A stretch of DNA of 59,729 bases, filler included, from Bipalium vagum (GCA_037834085.1; 3 parts of 3 records of this genome joined end to end with filler, not necessarily neighbours in it); one strand, 5' to 3'; counted from the whole stretch's first letter, positions 36,950 through 50,338 are shown. Notes: generated by a model not told the origin, from the letters alone. Numbers and translations: made by a program.

Positions 36950-39387
36950 CTAAGAAATACCTTGAACAGATGATTTTCTTTTTATACAATATTTAGCCGT
37001 TTGCATTTAATATTTTTGCTTTTATTTATAAGTACAACGTCTGGAAATTGTATAATTAATTAGGCTTGTTAGACAAAAATTGAATACTTAAATTTTTAAA
37101 TGGCAAGATATTTTTTACATTTTTTGTTGCAATCTGCATAATTCATTAATGAAATCCTTCAAATAATTGGAAAAATTCCACTTTACTTAGCTGTTATGTT
37201 TTTGTGGTTTTGATTACCTAATGGTACTTTTGAAGAATAAACAGGAAAAAAAATTTCTTTTTTTAATTTTATTTTAAATATTTTGCGTTTTTTCGGATAA
37301 ATAATGGTAAGAGGAATCTAAAATAACTAAATGTTTTGTAGAAATTGTTTTTATTTATCTATTTTTTAAATATTTAATCCAATGGTTTTGCATAGCTCCA
37401 GAAGCATAAACCAAGCTAAATTACTTTATTTTAATGTTATTTTTGCTTGTTTACTTGTTAAATTATCCTATTATGAAAGAAACATCAAAAACTGTTTTGC
37501 GTAAATCAATTATTTCACAAAAAATTAATTTAAAAATTTAAACAATTAAATTTTGTTTAAATATTTAAATTTATATTTAAAACTGGTAGCATTATTTGAA
37601 AATTGAATTATGAAATCAAGCTTGGATAAATGCATATAAACCAAATTTACCTTTTATTTTAAAGCAAATTAAGCTTTTTATAGAACGAATCGATGTGCAC
37701 TTATCCGAGTTTGACTGTAGTAATATTTTAAATAATACAAATAAGTATTTTGAATCTCGAGTATAATTATTACGCTTATTCAATCTCTTGCGTTTTGTAA
37801 AATAATTAATAATAATAACAGAATAAGATTAATTAGATAAGCATAATAAATTACAATTATTAAAAAAATATTATAGTGAAGGTTTAAATAAGAAGATAAA
37901 TGACGTTGGTGTAAATAAAACCCGAACAATGGTATCATTTAAATTTACCATTTACAAGAGAAATACCAAATCCCTTCTACCTGTTTTAACTAATAAATAC
38001 AGAATATTTCAAGCTTTTTTTAAGTACGAAAATGATTAAAACAATTATGTAAATTGGAGTTTTTCAGACTGCAGTAAAATTCTTTCCAATATACTTCGTT
38101 AGGGGTTCTTCAGCTTAAACGTTTATTTATAAATCACGGTGGGATTTTAATATCTTTTAAAAATAATTATTATAAAAGCATAATAGTTTAATTCCATGCT
38201 GATATTCTGATTAATAGACGAAGGTAAGGATCTTTACTGACTTGAACGTTATTGTACTTTAACAATTAATGCCTATAGAGTGATTGTTTGAATAATCGCG
38301 TCAAACATGGTGATAATCATTTATTTAAAACATTGAACAAATTGATTAAAAGAAATAAACGAATTTGTAAAAATATAATTACCTGGAGAATTTTTCAACA
38401 AAATTATCTTTCCAAATTTTAAAAATAGATTTTAATTTTTTTTAATTAGTTTTCTTGGTGTTTTACTGTTGAGTAATGTAATAAAACAATTTTGAGAATT
38501 ATCAAGATAATTCAAGCGCAATCCTAAAATTCAAGAACTATAGTAAAATAGTGTATAAATAGATGGATTTTCAGTGTTAGAGCTGAAGGAAAGAGCAAAA
38601 TTGCGTTTTTGCTGAAAATTATTATTCAATAGAGCGTTATTGCAGAAGAAACATTATTATAGAAGAAATCCTACTACAGAAAATGTAATATTGTTATGAT
38701 TATTTTATTGGGATTTTGTTCGAGTTCATGTTATTCTGAAGTCAAAATCTATATGAGACAAATTGAGTAGAAAACCTCAAAAGTTTGTCCATTAAATCAT
38801 CTGAAACAAAAATAAAATATTTTTGAATAAATAAAAAACAAAATGACCCCAACTACATGAGAATCAAAATCTTCGGGTTTTGTCTCCGAAATAAAGTACA
38901 GTTTTAAAATAATAAAAAATTAATATTAATTAATAAATATTTTGTGAATATTTTTCAAATGATAAAAATTCGCATTCCCCTCGTTTTTAAAAAAATAAAA
39001 TTTTGATACGTGACAGACTCTTCGTTTACTGAATTATCATCACCAAATAAAATAATTATTCTTTGTTCGTTTTGCAAAACAAATGCAGTGGTATAACGCA
39101 GTGCAGTATTAAGAATTGACTGATTCCTTGAACTCTTGATTAATGATAAATTTGACAAAAATCCTTTGATATATTTTGATAATGGAGTAAAATGATGTAT
39201 AATTCATTTGTAAAATAATATTTTTATATTATTTCATCTTATTATGTTATTATTAGTATTATTATTATTGTTATCATTATTTATTATTTTCTTATTAATT
39301 TTGCTCGAAATATACAAGGTGATTTCGAATTACGTCTCTTTCTGACCTTGTCTTGATTTTATTCTGTAAAATATATTTTTAATGTTA

Positions 39388-40598
39388 CAGGGTTATTCAA
39401 TATTATAATTTTATTTATTTAATCTTATAATATTTTTTTATTTATATATATTTAAATTTATAAATATATTTAAAATTTTATTATTTGCATCTTTAAAGTT
39501 CAATATTACAAGTTATACATATTATACTTCCTTTTAGCCTACGCAAAAAATTGTTTGAATAATATATTTCATATAAAAATTACTTATGTCGCGAAAACCC
39601 AGAAGAACTTTCATGATATCGTAATTCGCTTAGGAAATGACGAAACCAACACCATCAAAAAGATTGAATTATTAACGGATTTACATAGAGAAATTGTATC
39701 CAGAATTTTAAAGAAGAATGGGAAATGTAAGGAATTTATTTCTGCTTGGATTAAACGAAAGATTCACTTCACCTAAAAATACAGTTTTAAATGATGTCGA
39801 TCAAACTATTTTCAATTCCATATCCAAAAGGATCTGCAAACCATTGTACAAGCACAACACAACATCAATCTATCCCAACCAACAATTTGCAGGAAATTTA
39901 AAAAGATGAATCCGACCAAAAAACGTATTACCTGAGTCCCAATGGAAAAAACCCTGGAGAAAAAATCAATGATCGGTGGTCTATGCAGCCGAAATATGAA
40001 TGATTTATGATACAAATTTATTGTTTTTAGATGAAACGGGATTTAATAAACAAAGCGTAGAAGTTACGGTTACTCGTCTACAAATTCCAAGGCTTATATT
40101 ACTGTTCCAGCATTATGTATGATTAATATTAATGGAATTGTGTCATGCTCAATTAAACAAGGAGCATATAATGTGAATATCTTTAATGAATCATTGCTTA
40201 TTTTAATACCAATCCAAATAATATATTAATAATGGACAACGTATGGTTCCATAAGTCTGCTAATGTGTTCAACACTTCACGATCTAATAATGTAAATGTG
40301 AAAAATGTAGTCCCCTATTCTTCAGAATTAAGTCCCATCGAGGACTTTTTTCCATGGTAAAGTCAAAATTAAATGCATTACGAGTGAATTCCGCTCATAT
40401 GCCTCTTTTGGAATGCATAAAAACTGTTTTCCATCCAAATAATGACTATAAGCTCGAACGCCATGGATTTTACTTGAACATGCGGAATTGGATAGAAAAG
40501 GCGAAACGGAAAGAAATTTTTGTATATCATTTATAAATGTGTGTGTGTTTGCTTTTTTAAACTTTAAAAAAAATTAACTATAAGATTTAATAACCCTG
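39388..40598 (+). mobile_element. IS630/Tc1-type DD34E DNA transposon, decayed
   Basis: TA-cagggttattcaatattata ... tataagatttaataaccctg-TA. Catalytic motifs FLDETGFN, ILIMDNVWFHK and PYSSELSPIEDFF, with exactly 34 residues between the second D and the E. Confidence 0.9.
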
Positions 40599-41145
40599 TA
40601 AATCTGTTTATATTATTTTCATAAAAATTCTCGAAAAAAAATTTTTTTATCTTTTTTATAATTTCTAGTTCACTTAAACACCACATTTTTATGATATTGA
40701 TATTTCTTATAATCAATACATCAACATGAAACTAAATTAACATAAAGTCATCCCCCTAAAAAAACATTTCGTTTCAATAACCACTCCTTGGTTCTGTTTT
40801 TTCATTAACATAAATAAGCAGCAGAAAGTTTAATGTTTATTTTTATACGCCGTCATTAAAGTTTGTAGTGTGAATACATTTATTGTAAATTTTAACCGTT
40901 TGATCGCTACAATGAAGCAGGTATGGGTTGCAGCTTTTGCAAATTTTTATTTAACTGCAGATTTGCACAATCCTTTCATTTTATATAATTAATATTACAA
41001 TTGTACCACAACAATTAAGACTTCTCAAATGTCCATTAAGACATGTAAGATGACAGATCCAGACTGCTTGATCATCAATTAATCTAACATTTCAGTTTGT
41101 TGGGTTTTGGAATTAATGATGATGATTATGGGAATTAGTAATGGT

Positions 41146-41147
<2 letters not shown>

Positions 41148-41218
<71 letters not shown>
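41148..41218. repeat. (TAA)n microsatellite at a contig end
   Basis: Directly visible; runs into the gap. Confidence 0.95.
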
Positions 41219-41318
41219 NNNNNNNNNNNNNNNNNNNNNNNNNNNNNNNNNNNNNNNNNNNNTTAATTAATTAANNNNNNNNNNNNNNNNNNNNNNNNNN
41301 NNNNNNNNNNNNNNNNNN
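41219..41318. other. Artificial 100-nt contig-join spacer (N44-TTAATTAATTAA-N44)
   Basis: Same construct as 17427-17526. Confidence 0.95.
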
Positions 41319-41388
41319 AATATCACGACCCGGTTAATATCATGACTTTTTCTGTAACGGACGCCGTGATATTAAGCGGGTTGCACTG
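41319..41388. mobile_element. Terminus of a Tigger/pogo-like element truncated by the contig join
   Basis: cgtgatattaagcgggttgcactg-TA with subterminal aatatcacga/aatatcatga repeats. Confidence 0.6.
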
Positions 41389-42344
41389 TATTTTACAAAC
41401 AGCTACTTCTTAAAAATAAGGGAATATGTATCAAATATTAATTTATTTTGTACAATAGATGTGTATAACTTTTTTTAGTGTTTTCAGTTTAATAAATCGT
41501 TTCTCTTGGATGTAATAATGAATTACGTAAAAAACCATTTTAAATTGAATTTACGATTAAAAAAACGATATTTTTTGGAGTCTATTTCAATGACCAGGTA
41601 CTGTAGTAACAAAAGTAAAGCTAAAAATTAATATTACTTTGAGATCAAATGAGTCATTTAAAACCAAACCAACATAATGCAGCTATATCGAATGAGATCT
41701 GTTAAAATTTTATTACAATATCTTACAAATGAAATAAAATAAAACCTTAAATAAATAAATATTGATATTTTCATATCGAAAAGAAATTTAATAAGTATCA
41801 AAGAGCAAGAAAACATAATGATCTTACGTAAGACTTCATCATCTTTTACATATTAGTTCAAATAGAACTTTAACTAAAGAAAAAAAATCATAAACAATCA
41901 CAAAAATTAATTAGATAATTTTCCTTTATTTACATTGTTCGGATCCATACATCCTCATAGAAACATCAATTGCTACCGTCAAGGAAACTCAAAAAAAATT
42001 AATTAATACTTTATTTTATTTGCATGAAAATTCTTGTAAGGCTTATACTATTTTATGTGTGTTCTCTTAAATTTTTGTAAAGAAATTTTAATTAAAATAA
42101 TATTTTAATTAATTTATATATAAAATGTAAAATAATGCAAAATTTATATTAATCAAAAATATTTTTCTAAATTTTGTTATATTAGGTTGTAAATTAAGTT
42201 CTGAATTATTTTCAACTACTAAATTTAAATGCAAATTTTATTCAAATAATTACTATTCCCAAATCGATTTAGAAATATCCAGTTTGCTTGGCGATATTTT
42301 AATTGTGTAACAAAATTTTTTAAAAATAATAATAATTATATTGC

Positions 42345-44736
42345 TGTAACAGAGATGCACGCTTTTCCAATGCCAAATGTGACAGAGATGCTCGATAATG
42401 TAAATGGAGCAAAGATTTTTAGCATCATTGATTTAGCGAATGTTTTCTACCAAGTGGAAATAACAGAAACTGCAAAGGAGAAAATGGCTTTTTCCACCAA
42501 TGGAGGTCAGTACTGTTTTAACAGACTGCCTTTTAGAGTCGCTGCTGCCCCAAGAACATTTTAGGAACTGATGACAAGAGTTTTGAAAGGATTAAAGAAT
42601 GCACTTTTTTACCTAGACGATATTCTTATATTTACAGATTCAGAAGAGGCCCACTATGGAACACTAAATGTAGTCCTTCAAAGAATTAGAGACGCAGGTC
42701 TGAAATTAAACCTTGGAAAGTGTCATCTTTCACAGAAAGCAATCAAATTTCTGGGCCATATAATAAATGAAAAGGATATACAAACAGATCCATCGAAGAC
42801 CGATGCAATAGCATCTTTGGAAAGACCAAAGTGTGTGAAAAATCTTAGAAGATTTTTAAGGCTGTGCAATTATTATCGAAAATTTGTCAAGGATTATTCC
42901 AAGAAGTCTAGAATACTAGAGAGACTGTGCGGCATGAACAATAAAAAGTTAATTTGGACAAAAGCTTGTGATAAGGCTTTTAAGGACATGAAAGAAGCTT
43001 TGATAAATCCACCACTTTTAGGATACCCGAATTTTCAAAAAGAATTTTACTTGGACACAGACGCAAGCTTTAATTCTATTGGAGCAGTTTATCTCAGCTG
43101 GATGCAAAGGGTAGAGAAAGGGCTATTTCTTATGATTCTCATGCACTAAATGACCATGAAAAGGATTATTGTATCACCAGAAAAGGAACTACTGGCAATT
43201 TACTTTTTTTGTAATCATTTTAAGCATTATTTATATGGAAAGAAGTTTGTCCTCCGCACGGACCATAAGGCGATCACCTACATGATGTCGACGAAGAAAC
43301 CGATAACGGCTCAATTTCAAAACTGGATCAACTATTTGAACAGCCTTGATATGGATATAAAATATAGGAAAGGAATAAATCATAGGAACGCAGACATGCT
43401 GTCCAGAGCTATTTGTGAAACTTGTTCTCAATGCTTTTTGCACCATGCGGATGCAAAAAAAGAGGAGGCCAAAACTAGAATCTTAAACGGAATTCAAATA
43501 TATTTGCAGCAGAGACATGACAAGACAACTAGAGCTCCAAAGTCAATAGTTGAGAAACAAACAGGAAATGATATATGGGAACTATGTTCTGACACTCATC
43601 ATCTACTGGCCCATGCAGGTGCAGAGAAAACGTCAATACATGAAGAACTTATACAAAATCCAGGGGCTAAAAGAGGCCGTGAAGGCGATTGTCAGTTGCT
43701 GCGAACAGTGTCAAAGAACGAAGGTTGTGACTCAATTGATGAAGGAGAAAACTGCTTAGTCCACTATGTCAGAGATGTTTGAGAAGATTTATATTGATAT
43801 TTGTGGCCCTTTAAGAAAAACTAGCGGGAGGAAGAAGTATATCATTGCAATAATAGACAAATTTAGCAATATGTCTGCAAGATGAGACAACGGTGAGGAA
43901 GATTTTGGAGAATAAGTAGATATTAAGATTTGGTGCACCCAGCGAAATTCATGTGGACTGTGGAAAAATTTTTTATTCGAAATGCTTGAAAGAGTTTGCA
44001 GAAAGGTTACATATTAAATTATGCTTTTTGACCCCGTACCACCACAATACAAACGGCCAAGTCAAAAGACAATTCTGGACAATTCGTGATCTTATTAACG
44101 CGACTCTCAAGCAAAGAAAGCAAACAGATTGGGCAGAGATTCTACAAGAAGTTGAGTTTTTCGATCAACGCTACTGTCCAAAAATCTACGGAGATAAGCC
44201 CGACGGAAATTGTTTTTGGCAGGTAATTTTTCAGGGAAAAGGGGATGCCAAGTATGTATTTTGGAAGCAGAACGAGAAAGAGAAACCAAACTAAGTGTGC
44301 CCCAAGTCTCAACGGCTAGAATATTTGCTGTCGAAGACAACGTTCTGATAAAGGCAGAGAACAGGAACAAGGAACAAGGTCCATACAAAGTTATCAGAAA
44401 AATTCACGATAGAAGATATGAAGTGGAGGATCAATCAAGGAAACGAATCGAGAGAAACGAAGAAAATAAAAAGAAATTTCTCAAAAAGGGAGATTTAAAG
44501 AATTAATTATTTCTTAAGTGGTTTATTTAATATTTGAAATGTTTTTGTTTAAATATATGTTTTAAAACGTTTCGAAAAGATTTATACTTAATATAATGAA
44601 ATAATTTAAATGATCCGATCCAAAACAAATCTCTAAACAAAATTATATTTCATTAAGATTGACTTTTAAGATCTTTAGTTCATTTGTTAAATGTTAATAT
44701 GGAGGCCAGCTGTTAAGAAACACCGAATTCATCACA
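42345..44736 (+). mobile_element. 5'-truncated Ty3/Gypsy LTR retrotransposon (RT-RNaseH-integrase), pseudogenised; probable decayed 3' LTR
   Basis: RT: FSIIDL, FYQV, RLPF, YLDDILIF, KFLGH. RNase H: LDTDAS, KELLAI, RTDHKA, NADMLSR. Integrase: THHLLAHAG / CCEQC zinc finger, IDICGPL, PYHHNTNGQ. Order RT-RH-IN indicates Gypsy. Several stops and frameshifts. Polypurine tract aaaaagggaga at 44483-44493; LTR extent (~44494-44736) is tentative. Confidence 0.93.
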
Positions 44737-45779
44737 ATAGGAATAATTGTTCTTTTGAAAGAAACTGGAAGAGCTGAAATCATTGAGAAGCGAGATGGTA
44801 AAAAAACAATAATTTCTAATGACGATGCTGATTATAATAAATATAATTGGTTTTGGTCAACAGACTTCACCCGTGGAATCAGAACTGCAATTATCATAAT
44901 ACTATGACCGGGAAAATTGGTTATTGATTTATTCGTCGTTTGGTAAATATTCTGATCCGTTTTTGCAATTTGATTATTTTGAATTTCATTGATTCAATTT
45001 TGTGGAATAAAGTCATAAAATAAATAATAAAAAAATAAATCAATAAAAAATAATGGAAATAAAATTTGACATTTATAAAACATAATATTAATTTTATTAT
45101 TTATGAAAAATTTCTCAACCATTAAAACAAAATAAAAATCCAACAGTCTAAATTTTGCTATTTATAATATAAAATGATCTATCCTTTGATAAAGGAAAAA
45201 AATAATTAAATTCCATACATATGACTTTTCATTAATGAAATATAATAGAAATTATTTTATGTCAGCCATGAATTTATTTATATTTTTCCACTGAAACATA
45301 AAAAATGAGACCGAATTCTTAACATTTTAATTAGAATTTAAAATTCACTATAAGTACAGAATTTATTATAAATTCACTACGTTCTTCTGGTTGAACAGTT
45401 AGACCAGACAATTAAATTAATTTTTCTGAATAAGTCAGATAAAAACAAAAATATGAAAGCAACTCAAACATAAAATCATATCCAGAGCAATTAAAATAAT
45501 CTCAAAATCAACAATAAAAATAAATTTTATTTTCATTAAGTTTTTTCCTTCTTTATTTTATTATTCTTTTTAATTATTATTAATATTATTATTTTATTTT
45601 TATACTGGAAAAATGAAAATTGTACAGTTCTTTCATAGAAATCAGAAAAATGGAGAAAACCATAAAATTGTCCAAATTCATTTTGATGTGGAAAATAGTA
45701 CAAAATTACAAATGCTAAAAAGTTAGTAAATTGCAGAATAAACAGAGAGAAAAGTAATCTCTTATCCCAAATTGCAGTG

Positions 45780-46060
45780 TTGGATTTGTCTTTGAGGGAA
45801 AAAGAGGGTCTGTGAGCATTTTCCATCGGAGACTTCATAGCGGTCAACGAGAGCTGCTTTAGAATTTGTACCTTCTGCCTGTTTCGTGTGCGTGTGTGTG
45901 TGCGTGTGTTCCTATGATGCGAAATAGGTCTCAATGGATCCGTGTCGGTTGTTTGTCTGCGTGTCTGTGTGCATGTGTGAATTTTGAGTCTGCCTGCATC
46001 TGGGCATGGGTGGAGAAAAATCTCTAAATAAAATCCATTAGCAGTATTTCACCAATCATA
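45780..46060. promoter_or_regulatory. Putative promoter/5' region of the 46116 gene
   Basis: Non-TE GC-richer island with two imperfect (GT)n tracts (~45885-45910, ~45958-45980) and a taaataaa box (~46025) just upstream of the ORF. Function is inferred from position only. Confidence 0.35.
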
Positions 46061-46115
46061 TTTTCTTTGACAGAATGGTTGAATAATCTGGCTGAGCATC
46101 AATTTTTTTGTTTAA

Positions 46116-46454
46116 ATGCAAAATTTCAATCAAAACAATCCACAGACAATCGAACACAATTCCTACAAACCTTCAACTAACAATCTCAATGAAACGGAAG
46201 GAAAATCGTTGATAAAAACCCAAGAGAAACGCAAAAGAAAATTTCCCCCGTTGAAAAGGAATAGTAAATTGGAGAAATTGGTGAAAATTCTCGAAGACAG
46301 ACGAATCACAGATGATGGAGAATTGTATCAGTTGGAAGATCTGCAAATGCCCAGATTGCGAAAAGTTCTCAATATCGTTTTCGTTTCGTTGGGAATGCTT
46401 TTTCTCTTCGGAGTGATCACTGTCATTATCTATTTTGGGTTCGTGCCCACTTAG
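46116..46454 (+). CDS. Hypothetical 112-aa small membrane protein with one C-terminal TM (tail-anchored topology)
   Basis: Intact single-exon ORF, GC-richer than its flanks, with aaATG context. N/Q-rich N-terminus, basic patch EKRKRKFP, DDGELYQLEDLQMPRLRK segment, then the hydrophobic VLNIVFVSLGMLFLFGVITVIIYFGFV and a 2-residue tail. No TE motifs. Confidence 0.7.
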   Translation: MQNFNQNNPQTIEHNSYKPSTNNLNETEGKSLIKTQEKRKRKFPPLKRNSKLEKLVKILEDRRITDDGELYQLEDLQMPRLRKVLNIVFVSLGMLFLFGVITVIIYFGFVPT

Positions 46455-46467
46455 TTGCCATGGCGAC
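46454..46467. promoter_or_regulatory. RFX X-box-like palindrome
   Basis: GTTGCCATGGCGAC, a 13/14 match to the canonical X-box GTTGCCATGGCAAC; overlaps the stop codon of the 46116 ORF. Confidence 0.4.
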
Positions 46468-49429
46468 AGTGTACTCATATTAGCTATAATACCACAATAT
46501 TGTTGTGATTATTATCAGTGAAAAAAGAATGTAATTTCTATTTTTTTATTTCACCAATTATTTTTACATATATACCTTTTTATCAAAATTGTCCATATCT
46601 CAATTATGGAATAATATTGTATTAAATTCCTTTTTCCAAAGAAATAAAATTTACTTTTTCTATCCTTTATTGAATTAAATTAATTATGATAAACGTTTCC
46701 TGGATATTGTTCGTAAATATTAATTAATTCACCTTACATAGACTTAATAATTTGTATTGATTATAATTTATTTATTTATTTTTATTATTATTATTACTGC
46801 TATTATATCATTCAATTATTATATTATTAATTAATTGGCTGTTCTCATTAGAAATTGAAAAATTTTTCTCTGTCGTCATTCATTATTAATAACTTTAAGA
46901 TTCTGATGATAGAAATCCATTACCCAATCTATAAAATGTATTATTTATTTATTATATCAAATAATATTGAATAACGATTACTATAATTAAATAAAGTATT
47001 TTATTATTAATTTAATTATGATTAATTAATTTTCGATTAATTGAAATTAAGTCATTTATAAGGATGTGATCAAATGGACATTTTAATCATTTATTAATAT
47101 TAATATTTCTATTATCAATATTATTATTATTATTATTTCACTAAAAATTATTTTATCAAATTTATTTTTTATTATTTTGTTTGTTCAATTTTTTATACAT
47201 GTCTTCAAGTCTTAATTTAAAACACTTAAATCATTTTCAAAGTTGAGATATTCAAATTGCTTGGAAATGGCAGAAGGTCTTGGAACCAAAAGAACAATAC
47301 ATCATTGGTTAAAATATTTATTACTCATAAAACCATTGGTCTTACGATTTACTAAAAATGCGAAGTGAATTTCCGAACAACCAAATATTTAATAATGATA
47401 ACCAGTTTAATTATAAACGATTATTCATATAAATAAAAAATTTTTTTCATCACTAATTAAGACTACTTTGATTATTTCATAAACTCATTTGTCTAATGTA
47501 TCTATTTCGTTTTTTAAATATATTTTTATTTAATTATCTTTGTTAATCCAATGCGAAGCACAGTAAAGAGTTCTGTAATGTTATAAGACCCACAAATGTA
47601 ATGAGTTCTCTGTGAAACAGACCTGTCAGCTTTTTCGACTTGTTAAAATACTTCAAGTCTAATATTATTAATGCTATCTGTTATTGATTGATTATGTTTT
47701 GGTCTCGTAATATTGTTAGAGACATTTTTCAGAGACATTCATCAAAAAGCGGGTAAGAATTTATTTGTTTCACTATTCCATTTCTGTATATCTGCAATTC
47801 ATTATGTAAGTAGATTTTTTAACAATATTTATATTTATATTTATATTTATATTATATATTTTAAAGCACATGGAGAGGAATTTTGTAATAAATCAGATTT
47901 GACAGATTTATTAGAATATTTATTAATAGTAATATCATTTTTTATTTGTTCAGTTAAAGTAGTCAATTTATCATTAACCACAGAAATTGGTTCATAGAAT
48001 TAATCCTTTCTCATTTCATCTATTTCATATACATATATAATATTTAACCTTGTTTGATAAAACAAGACTCACACTTTATTTTCTGCCTTCATACCAGACG
48101 AATTTAAACAAAAAAACGCGGATAAAGTTAGACTGACAATTATCTGAAACATTTAATAATTCTTTCGCTAACGAAAATGAAATATTTTATATTTAACATA
48201 ATTATGTTTCTTTACATAATATTTTACTGAGAAATGGTCTTTTTCGATATTGTTAAAGGAAATTAGGGTAAATAATTGATCAATTATTATTATGAATATT
48301 TCCATTTTTTGTTTCAATAAACAGAGCAACCAAGCTCTTTCCATAACATGTCTTGTGGGGCACATTTTGAGCCATGTATAAGTAGAGTATTTTAAATGTC
48401 AATTATCAGTCTATCAAAGCCTTTATTTTAGATCTGCCAGCCACTGATTCCAGTAGATTTGTAATACAGGCTTAAAAATACTGTTATCGTAAAGCTTCTC
48501 TCTCATGGGAAAGAGTCGGCGATTTTTTCTCCAGAAAAAATGAAATTAAAAGATTTTCTCTCGTTGAGTATCATTGTTATGTTCTGCAAAACATATTCCA
48601 CATGTCCGTCTTTCTCTCAATCAATTTCCCCGACCTATCTTATACATAGATGTATATATAATAATATGTATGATTCGTAATTGTTGATGATGAAGAATAT
48701 TTTTAGATTTTATTTAGAATCTGACTTATTTTTGTGTTTACATGGAAATATAAATCAAGTCTTTCTTGAAAATAATATTTTTTGTCCTTTCAAAATGTTT
48801 AATATTGCATTATAAATGTATTATTGTGTGTTTCAGAGTTGTGACAAATCCAATTAATAAATTCGGAGAAATATGCACATGAATGTATACTGCTAACAAA
48901 AATTAATTGTAAATAATTTATGAAGCAGTTTATTTATTTATTTATTTGTGTAGTCAAACACAAAAGACATATTTTATCAATGATATTGATGAAAATAATA
49001 ATAATAGAAACTAGCAGGAAAAATCAATAATATTAATAATAATGCTGTATACCTGTCGGATATTATGAGTAAAATGAGTTAGAAAATTAAGGAAGGGAAA
49101 ATTTTTCAAATAAATATGCAAACAAAAAGATATATTATAATATACAAGATTCTCACCTCATAAAATTTTGTGTTAATTATAATATTTTACAGCAAACATG
49201 TTTGAGATCACTTTTAATAAACGGAATTTTATCTGTTTTGATAATATAGTTTATTATAAATAATAATTATAAACAAATTATGTTTGTATTGTAAAATTAG
49301 TTAAATTACTTTGTTTTACTGAGAATCTAAAGTCTATTCAGTTATAAATTATTTTTTTTAATTATATTATAAATTAAAATAAAATATTTTTTAATATTTA
49401 TAATATTAATAATAGTGTTAATAATAATA

Positions 49430-50338
49430 CTAGGATGATGCAAAAGTTCGTGCTCAAAATAACAACAATAGTCCGTCATTTTTAAGTGCATCAATAAACT
49501 CGATCAAGCTGCAGGCAAATAAAACTCTGAATTTATAGATTTCCAATTTGGAACCAGTTCATAATGAAAAATTCCTTCAAAATTCCACAAGACACAGTTA
49601 AAACTTCTTGGCAAACATGGATTGACGTTCGACTGAAGGTGGGTATTGGCCTCTTGGAACCCACCATTTTCCTAGGTTATGATTGATTAAATTTTCATCG
49701 GATGTAACAATATACCTTCAAAAGCTATCACTTAATTGGTTCATAAGCATTTTTTGAACATGTTAACTCTGTACCTCGCTTGCTCTTCACTTAGGTTGTC
49801 TGGATTTTGTCGTATTTTTTGAGAATAAAATCGAGTTGATGTAAATGTCTCAGGACAGCTGTTTGATGCACACCAACATTTACAGCTGAATCGCGTGAAC
49901 CTGAAGAATGATTGTCTTTCAAGACCGTAAACATTTACTCATCTATTAGCAGTGAATGTCGACCTAAACTGTCTTCAGGGTTCAAATCTCCATTATTGAA
50001 GCACTTGAACCAATTAGCAGCAGTCCTCTGAGCAACAATTCCTTGACCTTCAAACTCGCATATCTCCTTGTGTTAAGCCTCTTTTCCCATAGTGGCGCAA
50101 CAAAACTCGTCTCAAATTTTACATAAGTCATCTTAATCACAAGATTTGAAAAAAATATTTATTGAAATTCAAAAACTTACCGACAATATTTAAACAAATG
50201 ATAAATTACTAAATAAATAAAATTATACATCTTAAACATAAAATGTGGCTATTAAATTTTAAAAATAAAGGTAAAACCTTATTTTGAATGTAAAATTTCT
50301 TTATAAGTTTTTTGAGCACAAACTTTTGCATCACCCTT

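Noticed and set aside
45536-45934. 132-aa minus-strand ORF
   Set aside because: It is a translation of (CA)n-like and AT-rich low-complexity sequence with a non-ATG start and no recognisable domain.
45780-46060. Bidirectional promoter shared by neuregulin (-) and the 46116 gene (+)
   Set aside because: It is separated from the neuregulin exons by the artificial join at 41219-41318, and I could not identify a minus-strand first exon.
46173-46478. 101-aa ORF antisense to the 46116 gene, and similar antisense ORFs over URB1, Gypsy and Tc1
   Set aside because: These are shadow ORFs on the opposite strand of real coding sequence.
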